Source: Gammaproteobacteria bacterium
GTDB taxonomy: Bacteria; Pseudomonadota; Gammaproteobacteria; Pseudomonadales; Litorivicinaceae
Assembly (NCBI GenBank): GCA_002705795.1
Contig: PAHG01000022.1
Coordinates: 44,943-108,942 of the forward strand
DNA: 64,000 nucleotides
Direction: 5' to 3'
The position numbers and the translations under genes were made by a program. The notes under the pieces are model-generated. The model had not been told where the DNA came from, did no database searches, and saw only the letters and a program-made list of their open reading frames with translations. Of the stretch, positions 11,118 to 20,172 are shown piece after piece; the first letter of the stretch is position 1; each line of letters starts with the position of its first letter.

Positions 11118-11648
11118 CTACCAATCGAGATCCTCAGGAATTGGAGGATAATCATCGTCTTGCTCTTCGAGCTTCGCAATGTGTGAGAAGATTTCCTGCC
11201 CTTCGAGTCTCTCAACACATTTCTCTAAGATCTCCCTCGGCACGATACAAATTGTTCCGTCCACCTCAACCAAACCGATCATCCCGCGGGCCAATCCATC
11301 TCTTACATCGGTACCGACGGGGAAGGGCCTAATTTTTTTCCCGTAAGGGAACCGAAAATCGACACGCTCAGATTCAGGGCCACGATCAATCAGATTAGAC
11401 TTCACCATGTCGCGGACCTGCGCGAGCCTCTCAGCTTTTAGACGCTTAACTTTACGCTCAACATCCAGCGCTTGATCGCGCGCCTTTCTCTCATCGCGCG
11501 CTTTCTGCTGAGCTTTTTGAAGACTTTCCTGGATTCCGGGGCCTTTAGGCTCTTTTGACTCTGCCCGCTGCTGATGCTTGGCCTGCTTTACTCTTTTCTT
11601 GCTAGCGACGCCAAGAGCAAGTAATTGGTCCTGAAGTGACTTACTCAT
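11118..11648 (-). CDS. DUF2058 / YaiL-like protein
   Basis: N-terminus SLQDQLL..G, a Lys/Arg/Glu-rich coiled middle and a C-terminus ...DDDYPPIPEDLDW that resembles E. coli YaiL. It overlaps the dnaB stop by 8 nt. Confidence 0.7.
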   Translation of the reverse strand: MSKSLQDQLLALGVASKKRVKQAKHQQRAESKEPKGPGIQESLQKAQQKARDERKARDQALDVERKVKRLKAERLAQVRDMVKSNLIDRGPESERVDFRFPYGKKIRPFPVGTDVRDGLARGMIGLVEVDGTICIVPREILEKCVERLEGQEIFSHIAKLEEQDDDYPPIPEDLDW

Positions 11649-13020
11649 GCGGGTAATCCTCGTAAGAGGACTCAGCTAGATCCTCAAATCGCGTGTACTG
11701 ACCCAAGAATGCAAGTCGAAACTTACCGATTGGGCCATTACGCTGCTTACCAATGATGATCTCGGCAATGCCCTTTTCCTCAGTATTTTCGTTGTAAACC
11801 TCGTCTCGGTAAATGAAACATATAAGGTCAGCATCCTGCTCAATCGCACCGGATTCACGTAAGTCAGACATCACTGGACGTTTGTTTGGCCTCTGCTCAA
11901 GAGATCGGTTCAACTGAGACAAGGCGATGACAGGGCAGTTCAACTCTTTCGCCAAAGCCTTCAACGATCTAGAAATCTCCGAAATCTCGCCCGCTCGGTT
12001 TTCGCCACCCCCAGACACCTGCATCAACTGGAGGTAATCAACCATTACTATCCCGAGGCCCTCAGGATGCTGACGTGCAATGCGGCGGGCGCGCGAGCGC
12101 AGTTCGGTCGGCGTGAGTGCCGGAGTGTCGTCGATATACAAAGGTTTTTCATTGAGCAGACTAAATGCTGACGTCAGACGCGGCCAATCCTCGTCTCTGA
12201 GCTTGCCGGTACGAACCTTCGTTTGATCAATGCGTCCGAGAGACGAGAGCATCCGCATAACGATCGACTCGCCTGGCATCTCCATCGAAAAGACCAAGGT
12301 CGGCTTTTCCGACTTTATTACGCAGGCCTCAACCAAACACATCGCAAAAGTGGTTTTGCCCATCGATGGACGGCCCGCGATGATGACCAAATCAGATGGT
12401 TGTAACCCGGCTGTCATTTGGTCGAGCCTCTTAAATCCGGTAGAAATACCTGTAATTTCTGAGTCCGATGCGTATAAATCGTCAATCTTCTTCAGAGCAA
12501 CTTCTAGATAGTGATTTACCGCCTCAGGACCACCCCTCGATGGTCGTTCTTCGCTAATTTTGAAGACTTTGGATTCTGCTTCATCAAGAATTTCATTAAC
12601 GCTTCGACCCGCCGGTTTCCTCGCGTTTTCCGACATCTCGCCAGCGACACGGATTAACTGCCTAAGGACTGCACGATCACGAATAATTTCCGCGTAAGCT
12701 TTGACGTTACTCGCGCTTGATGCACTCGCCGCCAGCTCCGATAAATATGAAATACCTCCCGCATTTTCCACTTCATCCATGACATCAAGTTCTTCAGAAA
12801 TCGTGAGTACATCCAACGGACGACCCCGTTCGGTGATCTTAACCATCGCCTCGAAGATAAGTCGGTGTTCTGGGAGATAAAAATCCTGTTTGGTCACGGT
12901 TCCAGCAACCTCATCCCACGTCTGCGCATCAAGTAACAGTCCACCAAGCAAAGATTGTTCGGCTTCTCTCGAGTGCGGAGGGATTTTTAACTGTTCTAGC
13001 GCTGAATCGTCGGTTGCCAT
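11641..13020 (-). CDS. dnaB: Replicative DNA helicase DnaB
   Basis: IPPHSREAEQSLLGG N-terminal motif, Walker A (GRPSMGKTTF) and RecA-like C-terminal motifs. The start is trimmed to MATDD (ATG at 13020, GGAG upstream); the track start is 13047. Confidence 0.93.
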   Translation of the reverse strand: MATDDSALEQLKIPPHSREAEQSLLGGLLLDAQTWDEVAGTVTKQDFYLPEHRLIFEAMVKITERGRPLDVLTISEELDVMDEVENAGGISYLSELAASASSASNVKAYAEIIRDRAVLRQLIRVAGEMSENARKPAGRSVNEILDEAESKVFKISEERPSRGGPEAVNHYLEVALKKIDDLYASDSEITGISTGFKRLDQMTAGLQPSDLVIIAGRPSMGKTTFAMCLVEACVIKSEKPTLVFSMEMPGESIVMRMLSSLGRIDQTKVRTGKLRDEDWPRLTSAFSLLNEKPLYIDDTPALTPTELRSRARRIARQHPEGLGIVMVDYLQLMQVSGGGENRAGEISEISRSLKALAKELNCPVIALSQLNRSLEQRPNKRPVMSDLRESGAIEQDADLICFIYRDEVYNENTEEKGIAEIIIGKQRNGPIGKFRLAFLGQYTRFEDLAESSYEDYPHE

Positions 13021-13049
13021 ACTTTCTCCGTGAAGGCCGCACATCATAC

Positions 13050-14312
13050 TCAGTGAAGAGGGCTTCGACCAACCTCTCTCACCAGAGCTACCAGTCGATC
13101 CTTCGAAATTCTGACTTTTATTTGTGTTTCACCAAGGTCGGTTATCGATTCCGACAAGACATCAGCCTCTTGATATAATTTCGCACGAAGCTTCCCTTCA
13201 GACGGCTTCAGAGTTAATTCGCAGTCTTCGGGTGGCTGACCAATCGCCTCGGCAAGAGCTAAACTCAAATCTTGAAGGCCTGCGCCGCTATTTGCCGAGA
13301 TCCAAATGCGACCGACCTTGTCTCGGCCAGGTTTAACCTCGGGACGCATATCTACTTTATTCATTACAACGATCCGTGGCACTTCGTGGGCACCAATTTC
13401 ACGCAACACCTCTAAAACAGCCAGCTCATGCATGAGGTGGTCTGGATGCGCACCGTCTTGCACAAACATCAATACGTCTGCTTTAGCAGTCTCTTCAAGT
13501 GTTGCCCTAAAGGCGTCGACCAAAGCGTGAGGAAGGTTCTGAACGAATCCCACTGTATCGGCCAAAATTATAGCCGCGCCGCCCGGCAAGGTGATCTTAC
13601 GAAGAGTTGGATCAAGCGTCGCAAATAATTTATCGGCCGTATAAATATGCGCGTCTGTCAGTCGATTAAACAGGGTGGACTTACCGGCGTTGGTATAGCC
13701 GACAAGCGCTATTGTCGGAATGGCATTCCTGCGGCGCGCTCGACGACCTTGATCTCGTGTCTTGCGAACCCGTTCCAAGCGGCCTTTTAGCGAATTTATC
13801 CGCACCGCAATGAGGCGGCGGTCGGTTTCAAGCTGTGTCTCGCCGGGGCCCCGCAGGCCAATACCACCTTTCTGCCGCTCAAGGTGGGTCCATCCGCGAA
13901 TGAGTCGAGTTCTTATGTGATCGAGTTGGGCAAGCTCAACCTGTAGCTTGCCCTCAAACGTTTTTGCTCGACTAGCGAAAATGTCGAGAATCAAACCTGA
14001 TCGATCGATAACCCGTGCCTTTACTTGCCTCTCGAGATTACGCTCTTGACTCGGAGACAAGTGACCATCAAAAATCACTAGATCGGCTTCAGTTGCATGC
14101 ACAAGCGTGGCCAACTCCTCAACTTTTCCGATACCAATGTAATTTGCAGGGCTCGGCCGCCGACACCGAGCGTTCAGTCTACCGACCACCTCTGCGCCTG
14201 CCGAAATGACGAGTGAAGAAAATTCCTCTTTATCAGGTATGTAACAAGGGTCAGAAACTGTAACCGAGCAGATAATAACTCGCTCACCGCCGTTTTCGCG
14301 CTCAAAGAACAC
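13050..14312 (-). CDS. hflX: GTPase HflX
   Basis: HflX N-domain plus G-domain (GYTNAGKSTLFN, DTVGF, NKVD). The track start at 14375 is a TTG inside miaA. A GTG at 14312 gives (M)FFERENGGERVII, the typical HflX N-terminus; a TTG at 14318 is the alternative. Confidence 0.9.
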   Translation of the reverse strand: MFFERENGGERVIICSVTVSDPCYIPDKEEFSSLVISAGAEVVGRLNARCRRPSPANYIGIGKVEELATLVHATEADLVIFDGHLSPSQERNLERQVKARVIDRSGLILDIFASRAKTFEGKLQVELAQLDHIRTRLIRGWTHLERQKGGIGLRGPGETQLETDRRLIAVRINSLKGRLERVRKTRDQGRRARRRNAIPTIALVGYTNAGKSTLFNRLTDAHIYTADKLFATLDPTLRKITLPGGAAIILADTVGFVQNLPHALVDAFRATLEETAKADVLMFVQDGAHPDHLMHELAVLEVLREIGAHEVPRIVVMNKVDMRPEVKPGRDKVGRIWISANSGAGLQDLSLALAEAIGQPPEDCELTLKPSEGKLRAKLYQEADVLSESITDLGETQIKVRISKDRLVALVREVGRSPLH

Positions 14313-15267
14313 GATCAAGTACTCCAGACAACCAAGCCTTTCCTTTTTCAAAAGGTATCGACTTCGATACCTCAATGAACGTGTTTGTATCAGCGCGCCA
14401 AGATCGTAGCCATGTCAGTTGTCTCTTTGCCAACTGGCGGGTCGATGCTTTCGCTTGATCTGTCATTTCATCCTTTGAAAGATTGCCATCCAAGTACTGC
14501 CACATCTGGCGGTAACCTACACTTCGCATGGAGGGATAGTCAGGGGTCAGCTCCGGTCTTTCACGCAAAGCCTCAACCTCACCTTCAAATCCACGACGCA
14601 ACATTGAATCAAACCGCCGATTCAAGCGATCTTTTAGTTGCTCCCTATCGGATGGAACTAATGCCAAAACAGATAAATCAACCACCTGGCCACAGATCGA
14701 AGGTTGGGTGTGTATACCTGACCATAACGAACAAATTGATTTTCCAGTGATGAGCCGTACCTCAAGCGCACGTTCGATACGTGACGAGTGATTTGGATGA
14801 ATCAAGTCAGCAGCCTCTTGATCAAGGCTCCTAAGCCATGCATGGACCCTAGGCCAACCCTCTGATTCAGCTTTCAATCGAACTTGCTCTCGGATGATAG
14901 GATCCGCACCGGGTAAAGTATCTAAACCATCTAACAACGACTTCAAATACATGATCGTCCCACCCACTAGACACGGCACCTGGCCATTACCCCATGCGCT
15001 ATGAATAAATTTTGCGGCGTATGTCACAAATTGACTGACATCAAAGGGATGTTCAGGGGGCACAAGGTCAATTAAATCATGGGGACACTGAACCAGTTCC
15101 TCGGTAGTCGGCTTTGCCGAACCTATATCCAAGCACTGATAGACCATTACCGAATCCGAGCTAATGACCCGAATCGGCGATTCAGAACCTAGCGCTAATG
15201 CGAGGTCGGTTTTTCCGATCCCTGTGGGTCCTGTGATAACGAGAAGAGGTCTTGACTTCACTGACAT
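14302..15267 (-). CDS. miaA: tRNA dimethylallyltransferase
   Basis: P-loop (GPTGIGKT) and full-length MiaA family similarity. Confidence 0.92.
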   Translation of the reverse strand: MSVKSRPLLVITGPTGIGKTDLALALGSESPIRVISSDSVMVYQCLDIGSAKPTTEELVQCPHDLIDLVPPEHPFDVSQFVTYAAKFIHSAWGNGQVPCLVGGTIMYLKSLLDGLDTLPGADPIIREQVRLKAESEGWPRVHAWLRSLDQEAADLIHPNHSSRIERALEVRLITGKSICSLWSGIHTQPSICGQVVDLSVLALVPSDREQLKDRLNRRFDSMLRRGFEGEVEALRERPELTPDYPSMRSVGYRQMWQYLDGNLSKDEMTDQAKASTRQLAKRQLTWLRSWRADTNTFIEVSKSIPFEKGKAWLSGVLDRVL

Positions 15268-15287
15268 TGACTTAGTCTAGCCGATCC

Positions 15288-15316
15288 TTGACTTGCGGTA
15301 GAGTCCTCACTATGAT
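15288..15316 (+). promoter_or_regulatory. Sigma70-type promoter of tRNA-Leu
   Basis: TTGACT (15288-15293), a 17-nt spacer and TATGAT (15311-15316), ending about 20 nt upstream of the mature tRNA 5' end. Confidence 0.65.
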
Positions 15317-15335
15317 CCGCACCCTTGCCGACCCG

Positions 15336-15422
15336 GCCCAGGTGGCGAAATTGGTAGACGCGCTAGCTTCAGGTGCTAGTGGAGGAAACTCCGTGGAGGT
15401 TCAAGTCCTCTCCTGGGCACCA
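15336..15422 (+). tRNA. tRNA-Leu (anticodon CAG), class II with long variable arm, CCA encoded
   Basis: GCCCAGGTGGCGAAATTGGTAGACGCGCTAGCTTCAGGTGCTAGTGGAGGAAACTCCGTGGAGGTTCAAGTCCTCTCCTGGGCACCA. The acceptor arms GCCCAGG/CCTGGGC pair, the anticodon loop is TTCAGGT, and the sequence is near-identical in pattern to E. coli leuQPV. Confidence 0.95.
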
Positions 15423-15462
15423 ATAAGCTTTACTACGATTTAATTAATCCCTCTACGACGCG

Positions 15463-15800
15463 TTGCCAGCCAATCACCTGGAAACCAAAATAAATAAAGA
15501 ACAAGATGAACTGTTTGGTAAGTACATTGACGAGTTTGCTCTCGAGAATGATCTAAAAATCCACGATGAAGACATCTTGAAAGCAATCGAACTTTTCGAC
15601 GAATCTAGTCCACATTGACCATTAAATCTAAATACTTCGATTATCGACACAGCGAAGGATCTTGATTTTGAGGAAATTGATAAAGAGATCGTCGAGACGG
15701 TCAGTGTCGTTTGGAAGAAAGTCTACACAACCCTAGCAAAACGGAAAGTAAGGCTCTCTGGTTCAAAACTACTAACGCATTACTACGATATGGAAAATTC
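15463..15800 (+). pseudogene. Possible decayed acidic ORF with an in-frame TGA at 15616-15618
   Basis: My translation, with no ATG and a TTG at 15463: LPANHLETKINKEQDELFGKYIDEFALENDLKIHDEDILKAIELFDESSPH*PLNLNTSIIDTAKDLDFEEIDKEIVETVSVVWKKVYTTLAKRK... The frame continues across the stop. I recognise no family. Confidence 0.25.
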
Positions 15801-15810
15801 CTGTTCACTT

Positions 15811-16746
15811 CTATTCTTCTTCCGGCTTGCCATTATCTCTCATAGCGATTTTTGCTTCTAAAATTTTCACAAGTATCTGATCACGATAAATCTTCATATC
15901 CGAAATATCCTTATCATCTTTTTTAAATTGCTCGCGGACCATATCCACAGTCTTCGAGTTGATTTCAACTCGACCTGCGGATGACCACCATCTCTGAAAC
16001 GATGGCCCAAGATGCTCTATAAACCCTTCAAGGCCACGATCACCCGCCGCAAGCGAAAATAACTGATTCGGACCATAAATTGACCAACGGAGTCCTGGCC
16101 CATTAGCAATAGCTTTATCGATATCTGATAACGATGCGACCCCTTCCTGCGCCAAATGCAATGCCTCCTGCCAAACCACTGCTTGGATCCTGTTGGCAAT
16201 ATGCCCTGGAACACTTTTCTGAAGCTCGACCGGAACTTTACCTAACGATTCATAAAATTCTCGCGCGCTTTCAATTACTCTGGGTTTGGTTTCTTGGTTC
16301 CCGAATAACTCTACCAGCGGAATTAAGTGCGGTGGATTAAACGGATGCGCGATAATTATTCGACCAATATCACTTAACCCAGCTTGCAGCTCTTCAAGCG
16401 TGATGCCCGATGTAGACGAATGGATTACAGCCTGGGAGTCCAAGTAGGGCTCGATCTCTGAAAACAACTGATGCTTCACACCGAGTCGCTCGGGTGCGTT
16501 TTCTTGGATCAGTTCAGCGCCCTGGACTGCATCCATAGGATTCTGTACGAATCGAAACCGTTCTATTAATCCTGCCGACTGGTAGCCAAGCCTTCGTAAG
16601 GCAGATTTCGAAGCCTGAATGAAATCAGTGATCCCCTCTTTCTTCGCAGAGTCCGGATCATAAGCAACGACGTGATGCCCAGCCGCCAAAAAAAGTGCGC
16701 ACCAGCTTTTTCCAATGGTCCCTGACCCTAAAACAGCTATATTCAC
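15811..16746 (-). CDS. 3-hydroxyacyl-CoA dehydrogenase family protein (L-carnitine dehydrogenase-like)
   Basis: N-terminal Rossmann motif (VLGSGTIGKSW) and a 3HCDH N+C domain pattern (HPFNPPHLIPLVE). There are no partner genes for a pathway nearby. Confidence 0.7.
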   Translation of the reverse strand: MNIAVLGSGTIGKSWCALFLAAGHHVVAYDPDSAKKEGITDFIQASKSALRRLGYQSAGLIERFRFVQNPMDAVQGAELIQENAPERLGVKHQLFSEIEPYLDSQAVIHSSTSGITLEELQAGLSDIGRIIIAHPFNPPHLIPLVELFGNQETKPRVIESAREFYESLGKVPVELQKSVPGHIANRIQAVVWQEALHLAQEGVASLSDIDKAIANGPGLRWSIYGPNQLFSLAAGDRGLEGFIEHLGPSFQRWWSSAGRVEINSKTVDMVREQFKKDDKDISDMKIYRDQILVKILEAKIAMRDNGKPEEE

Positions 16747-17097
16747 AAATAAGTCTCCGGTTTAGACTAAAGTTTAATAAACCCCAGCGGTGCGGTAATC
16801 ACCTGACCAATTCGATGCTTTTTTTGGAACTGATTAATGAGGAAATCCACCGATATCGCTCCGCCAGAGCATTCGGAAACCCGCATCATGCAAAGGTTTT
16901 CCCACAAAATAGAAAGCCACAGAAGTGATTTCGTAACACTTTTCCGCCTCAACTTATGAGGATGCCAAATTTTTGAACAGGGTGTTTGGGATAGTTACAG
17001 CCTCACGTTTTAAAGTTATAAACTACAGGAACCGTTGCTCAAACCGAGTGTGTTATGTACATTCGTGTGAAAAATAACCTGTATTATAGGGGCATAG

Positions 17098-18327
17098 ATG
17101 AATTTCAAGCGCCTGACGGCCCACGTAACAGCGATCGCGATTGGATGCGCCTCGACCGCTATTCTTGCCGATGCGAATTATACCCAGCGCGCAAAGGAAC
17201 AGGCTGAGCGGGCTGCCGCCGCGGCCGCAATTGCAGCCGAACAAGTAGAAGCCGCGCGCGTAGCCACGCCCGAAGTTCCATCGCAGGGTGCTGAGACGAA
17301 TTTGGCTCCTGCTGATAATAATCCAAAAGCGCAAACCTCAACGAGCTCGCGTTCATCGATACCAGCCCAAACCGCTCAAACAGAAACTCTAGGAACCGAC
17401 GCCAAGCGAGGCGGTGCCAGCGGTAATGGTCCAATGGAAGACCAACCGCTCGTTATTGATGTTTCTAACTTATACGATGAGGACGGGTTGGGTGACTTAA
17501 CCATGCAGTGGCAGGTGCAGGTAGCTAGTGGTGGTTGGCAAACAATCGATGGCGCGATATCGCAGTCCTTTACACCAAGACAAAACCATGTGGGCCGGTC
17601 GCTTCGGGTGGTGATTCAGTATGTAGATGGGCAAGGGACACTCGAAGTGATCGAGACCGCACCGACAGGTGCAGTTCAAAATGCAAATGATCTACCGAAA
17701 GGTCTTCCGATCATTAGCGGACAGTCCGTCGAAGACAACACAATTAAGATTGACGTGTCCGGCATCTCGGACGAGGATGGTGTTGGTCAGTTTACTTACC
17801 AGTGGGAGCGTTCATCTGACGCCGCTCGCTGGACCCCATATCAAACAAACTCCTCAAATCCGGCACTATTGCGTCTCAATCAGGCTGAGGTTGGTTTCGC
17901 TTATCGCGTGATCGTTTCATACGTGGACGCATTCGGTACGACAGAAACACTAGTTACGCCCGCAACAGACATGGTGCAAAACATCGACGACCCTGTTGAA
18001 GGTGAGGTAGTCATAGTGGGCCAATCCAAGAAAGGCCAGCGCTTGCAGGTAGATACATCTAACTTATCAGACGATGACGGTATCGCTAACGTTCGATCGA
18101 CTTGGGAAATGTCTGACAATGGGCGATCTTGGAACTCCATCCCTGATGTTTATGGCAATAGTATGACGCTTGCACAGGGGCACGTGGGGAGTCTCATTCG
18201 AGTTCGAGCGGTGATCGTAGATAATTTTGGTTCAGAGACAACGCTGTTCAGTCAACCGACGTCACTGATCCAGAACGTCAACTCGAAGCCGAAGGGTGTC
18301 ATCCGAATTCTCGCGACCGGCGGCTAG
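17098..18327 (+). CDS. Secreted (possibly lipidated) protein with three tandem repeats of about 98 aa, adhesin-like
   Basis: Signal sequence MNFKRLTAHVTAIAIGCASTAILADA, then an Ala-rich segment, then three modules. Each module has the pattern ..(I/V)DVS.(L/I)SDEDG.G...(Y/M)QW.....W......S..L.Q..VG...RV...YVD..G..E.......V(Q)N.(N/D)..P.G. Confidence 0.75.
   Translation: MNFKRLTAHVTAIAIGCASTAILADANYTQRAKEQAERAAAAAAIAAEQVEAARVATPEVPSQGAETNLAPADNNPKAQTSTSSRSSIPAQTAQTETLGTDAKRGGASGNGPMEDQPLVIDVSNLYDEDGLGDLTMQWQVQVASGGWQTIDGAISQSFTPRQNHVGRSLRVVIQYVDGQGTLEVIETAPTGAVQNANDLPKGLPIISGQSVEDNTIKIDVSGISDEDGVGQFTYQWERSSDAARWTPYQTNSSNPALLRLNQAEVGFAYRVIVSYVDAFGTTETLVTPATDMVQNIDDPVEGEVVIVGQSKKGQRLQVDTSNLSDDDGIANVRSTWEMSDNGRSWNSIPDVYGNSMTLAQGHVGSLIRVRAVIVDNFGSETTLFSQPTSLIQNVNSKPKGVIRILATGG
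17434..18276 (+). repeat. Three tandem in-frame coding repeats, period about 294-297 nt
   Basis: Repeat boundaries lie at the recurring QN(A/I/V)(N/D)..P.G motif (aa 113-196, 197-295, 296-393). The repeats diverge at the DNA level but keep spacing and motif conservation at the protein level. Confidence 0.7.
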
Positions 18328-20112
18328 TTAGCGTCCTCGTAAAAACAATCGATCTAGGTCGTTCAGAGACAAGGCCGTCCAAGTGGGACGACCATGGTTA
18401 CACTGGCCTGATCGTTCCGTGTGCTCAATATCTCTCAACAGCGCATTCATCTCCGATAATGTTAACTGTCGATTCGCCCTCACGGAACCGTGACACGCCA
18501 TTGTTCCCAGTAGATTGTCTCGAGCCTCAACGATACGGCCGCTTGTTCCAAATTCCGCCAGGTCACTCAACACATCGCGTACTAAATCTTCATGGCTCGC
18601 CCGTCTTAAAATTGCTGGGACCTGCTCGATCCGGATTGTTTCCGGACCGACACACTGAACGCCTAAACCAAATTGCTGAAACAACCCTTGAGCCTCTTGC
18701 ACCAGCTCGGCCTCTCGTTGACTCACATGCACGGTGACAGGAATGAGCAAAGGCTGACTTACAAGACCACTCTCGTCCAACGCGTGTTTTAACGCTTCAT
18801 AGGTGATCCGTTCATGTGCAGCGTGCATATCCACAATAATCATACCATCCCGCGTCTGAGCTATGATGTACACGCCATGCAACTGTGCGACCGCATACCC
18901 CATCGGTGGTATATCCTGTTGGTTGGAATCTTTGCCTGGCTCGGACACACCGGTCGTCTTCACCAATCGCGATAATGCATCAAACCCAGCAGAAGGACGT
19001 ACACTTTCTCCAAATCGAATCCCAGGCTGCTGCAGCGCCGTCTCAATTTGTTGATCAGCTGATATAGCGTGAAAGGACGACTCCTGATTAAGTACTTGAT
19101 CAGGTCGATCATCGGCCAACACTCTTGAGACGGAGCGGAGTAAGAAATCATAGATCAGACGAGAATCTCTGAAGCGCACCTCATGCTTAGTAGGGTGGAC
19201 ATTAACATCCACTTGCGCAGGATCGAGTTCCAGATACAGCAAATAACAAGGATGCCGACCGTGAAATAATACATCTCGATATGCCTGCCTCAACGCATGT
19301 GACACAAGCTTATCTCTAACGGCACGACCGTTAACAAAAACATTCTGACAATCAGCCTGTGCACGATTGAAGGTTGCTCGACAAGCCCATCCCTTCAGCG
19401 AAAGACCAGTGGCACTAGAATCAACCACCAACGCAGCATCCATAAAACCACGACCTAACAAATTAGCTATACGTTCGGACTGCACGCTTCCGCTCAATGC
19501 GGGCGGTAAATGGCGCGTTACTCGCCCTTGATGCGTAAGACGAAAACCGACATCAAATCGACCGAGCGCCTGACGACTAATAACGGCGTCAATATGGCCA
19601 AATTCTGTTTTTTCAGTCTTCAAAAATTTCCGACGGGCCGGGGTATTAAAAAATAAATCACGGACATCAACCGTCGTCCCCCTCGGGTGCGCGAATGCTT
19701 CAATAGAGGGCGACATATCCCGGCCCTCAACCGACACCATCGAGCCTGCTTCACCTTCAACCGCTGAAATCAGATCTAAGCGGGTGACTGAGGCAATGGA
19801 CGCAAGCGCTTCACCCCGAAAACCAAGCGTGCTGACTGCTTCAAGGTCATCGAGGGCGGAGATTTTGCTTGTTGCATGTCGAGAGAGAGCAAGCGGTAAT
19901 TCATTCGATCGAATACCCGCTCCATTGTCTCGGATCCGTATCCGACCAATCCCACCCGCTTCACAGTCAATATCAATTTGTGTAGAGCCAGCATCCAACG
20001 CATTTTCCACAAGTTCTTTGACGATACTCGCTGGGCGCTCGACAACCTCTCCCGCGGCAATCTGATTCGAAAGACGCGGCGAGAGAACGTGGATTGATGA
20101 ACTAGATTTCAC
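18328..20112 (-). CDS. mutL: DNA mismatch repair endonuclease MutL
   Basis: GHKL ATPase motifs (IAAGEVVERPASIVKELVENALDAG, DNGAGI) and a C-terminal dimerisation domain. Confidence 0.93.
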   Translation of the reverse strand: MKSSSSIHVLSPRLSNQIAAGEVVERPASIVKELVENALDAGSTQIDIDCEAGGIGRIRIRDNGAGIRSNELPLALSRHATSKISALDDLEAVSTLGFRGEALASIASVTRLDLISAVEGEAGSMVSVEGRDMSPSIEAFAHPRGTTVDVRDLFFNTPARRKFLKTEKTEFGHIDAVISRQALGRFDVGFRLTHQGRVTRHLPPALSGSVQSERIANLLGRGFMDAALVVDSSATGLSLKGWACRATFNRAQADCQNVFVNGRAVRDKLVSHALRQAYRDVLFHGRHPCYLLYLELDPAQVDVNVHPTKHEVRFRDSRLIYDFLLRSVSRVLADDRPDQVLNQESSFHAISADQQIETALQQPGIRFGESVRPSAGFDALSRLVKTTGVSEPGKDSNQQDIPPMGYAVAQLHGVYIIAQTRDGMIIVDMHAAHERITYEALKHALDESGLVSQPLLIPVTVHVSQREAELVQEAQGLFQQFGLGVQCVGPETIRIEQVPAILRRASHEDLVRDVLSDLAEFGTSGRIVEARDNLLGTMACHGSVRANRQLTLSEMNALLRDIEHTERSGQCNHGRPTWTALSLNDLDRLFLRGR

Positions 20113-20172
20113 TAATTTGCGAATGTGTAAAACTCATCAACGCCCCCCGAACTTCACCCATACGCAACCCGT

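Noticed and set aside
14313-14375. TTG-initiated extension of hflX overlapping miaA by 74 nt.
   Set aside because: The conserved HflX N-terminus (FFERENGGERVII) starts at the GTG at 14312. The extension has no HflX similarity and sits inside the miaA coding sequence.
16695-16952. Two mutually antisense ORFs (77 aa plus strand, 61 aa minus strand) in the 351-nt gap between the dehydrogenase and the repeat-protein gene.
   Set aside because: Neither has a recognisable motif, a convincing Shine-Dalgarno or a plausible composition. I treat the gap as a divergent promoter or decayed region. I could not identify an RNA structure there either.
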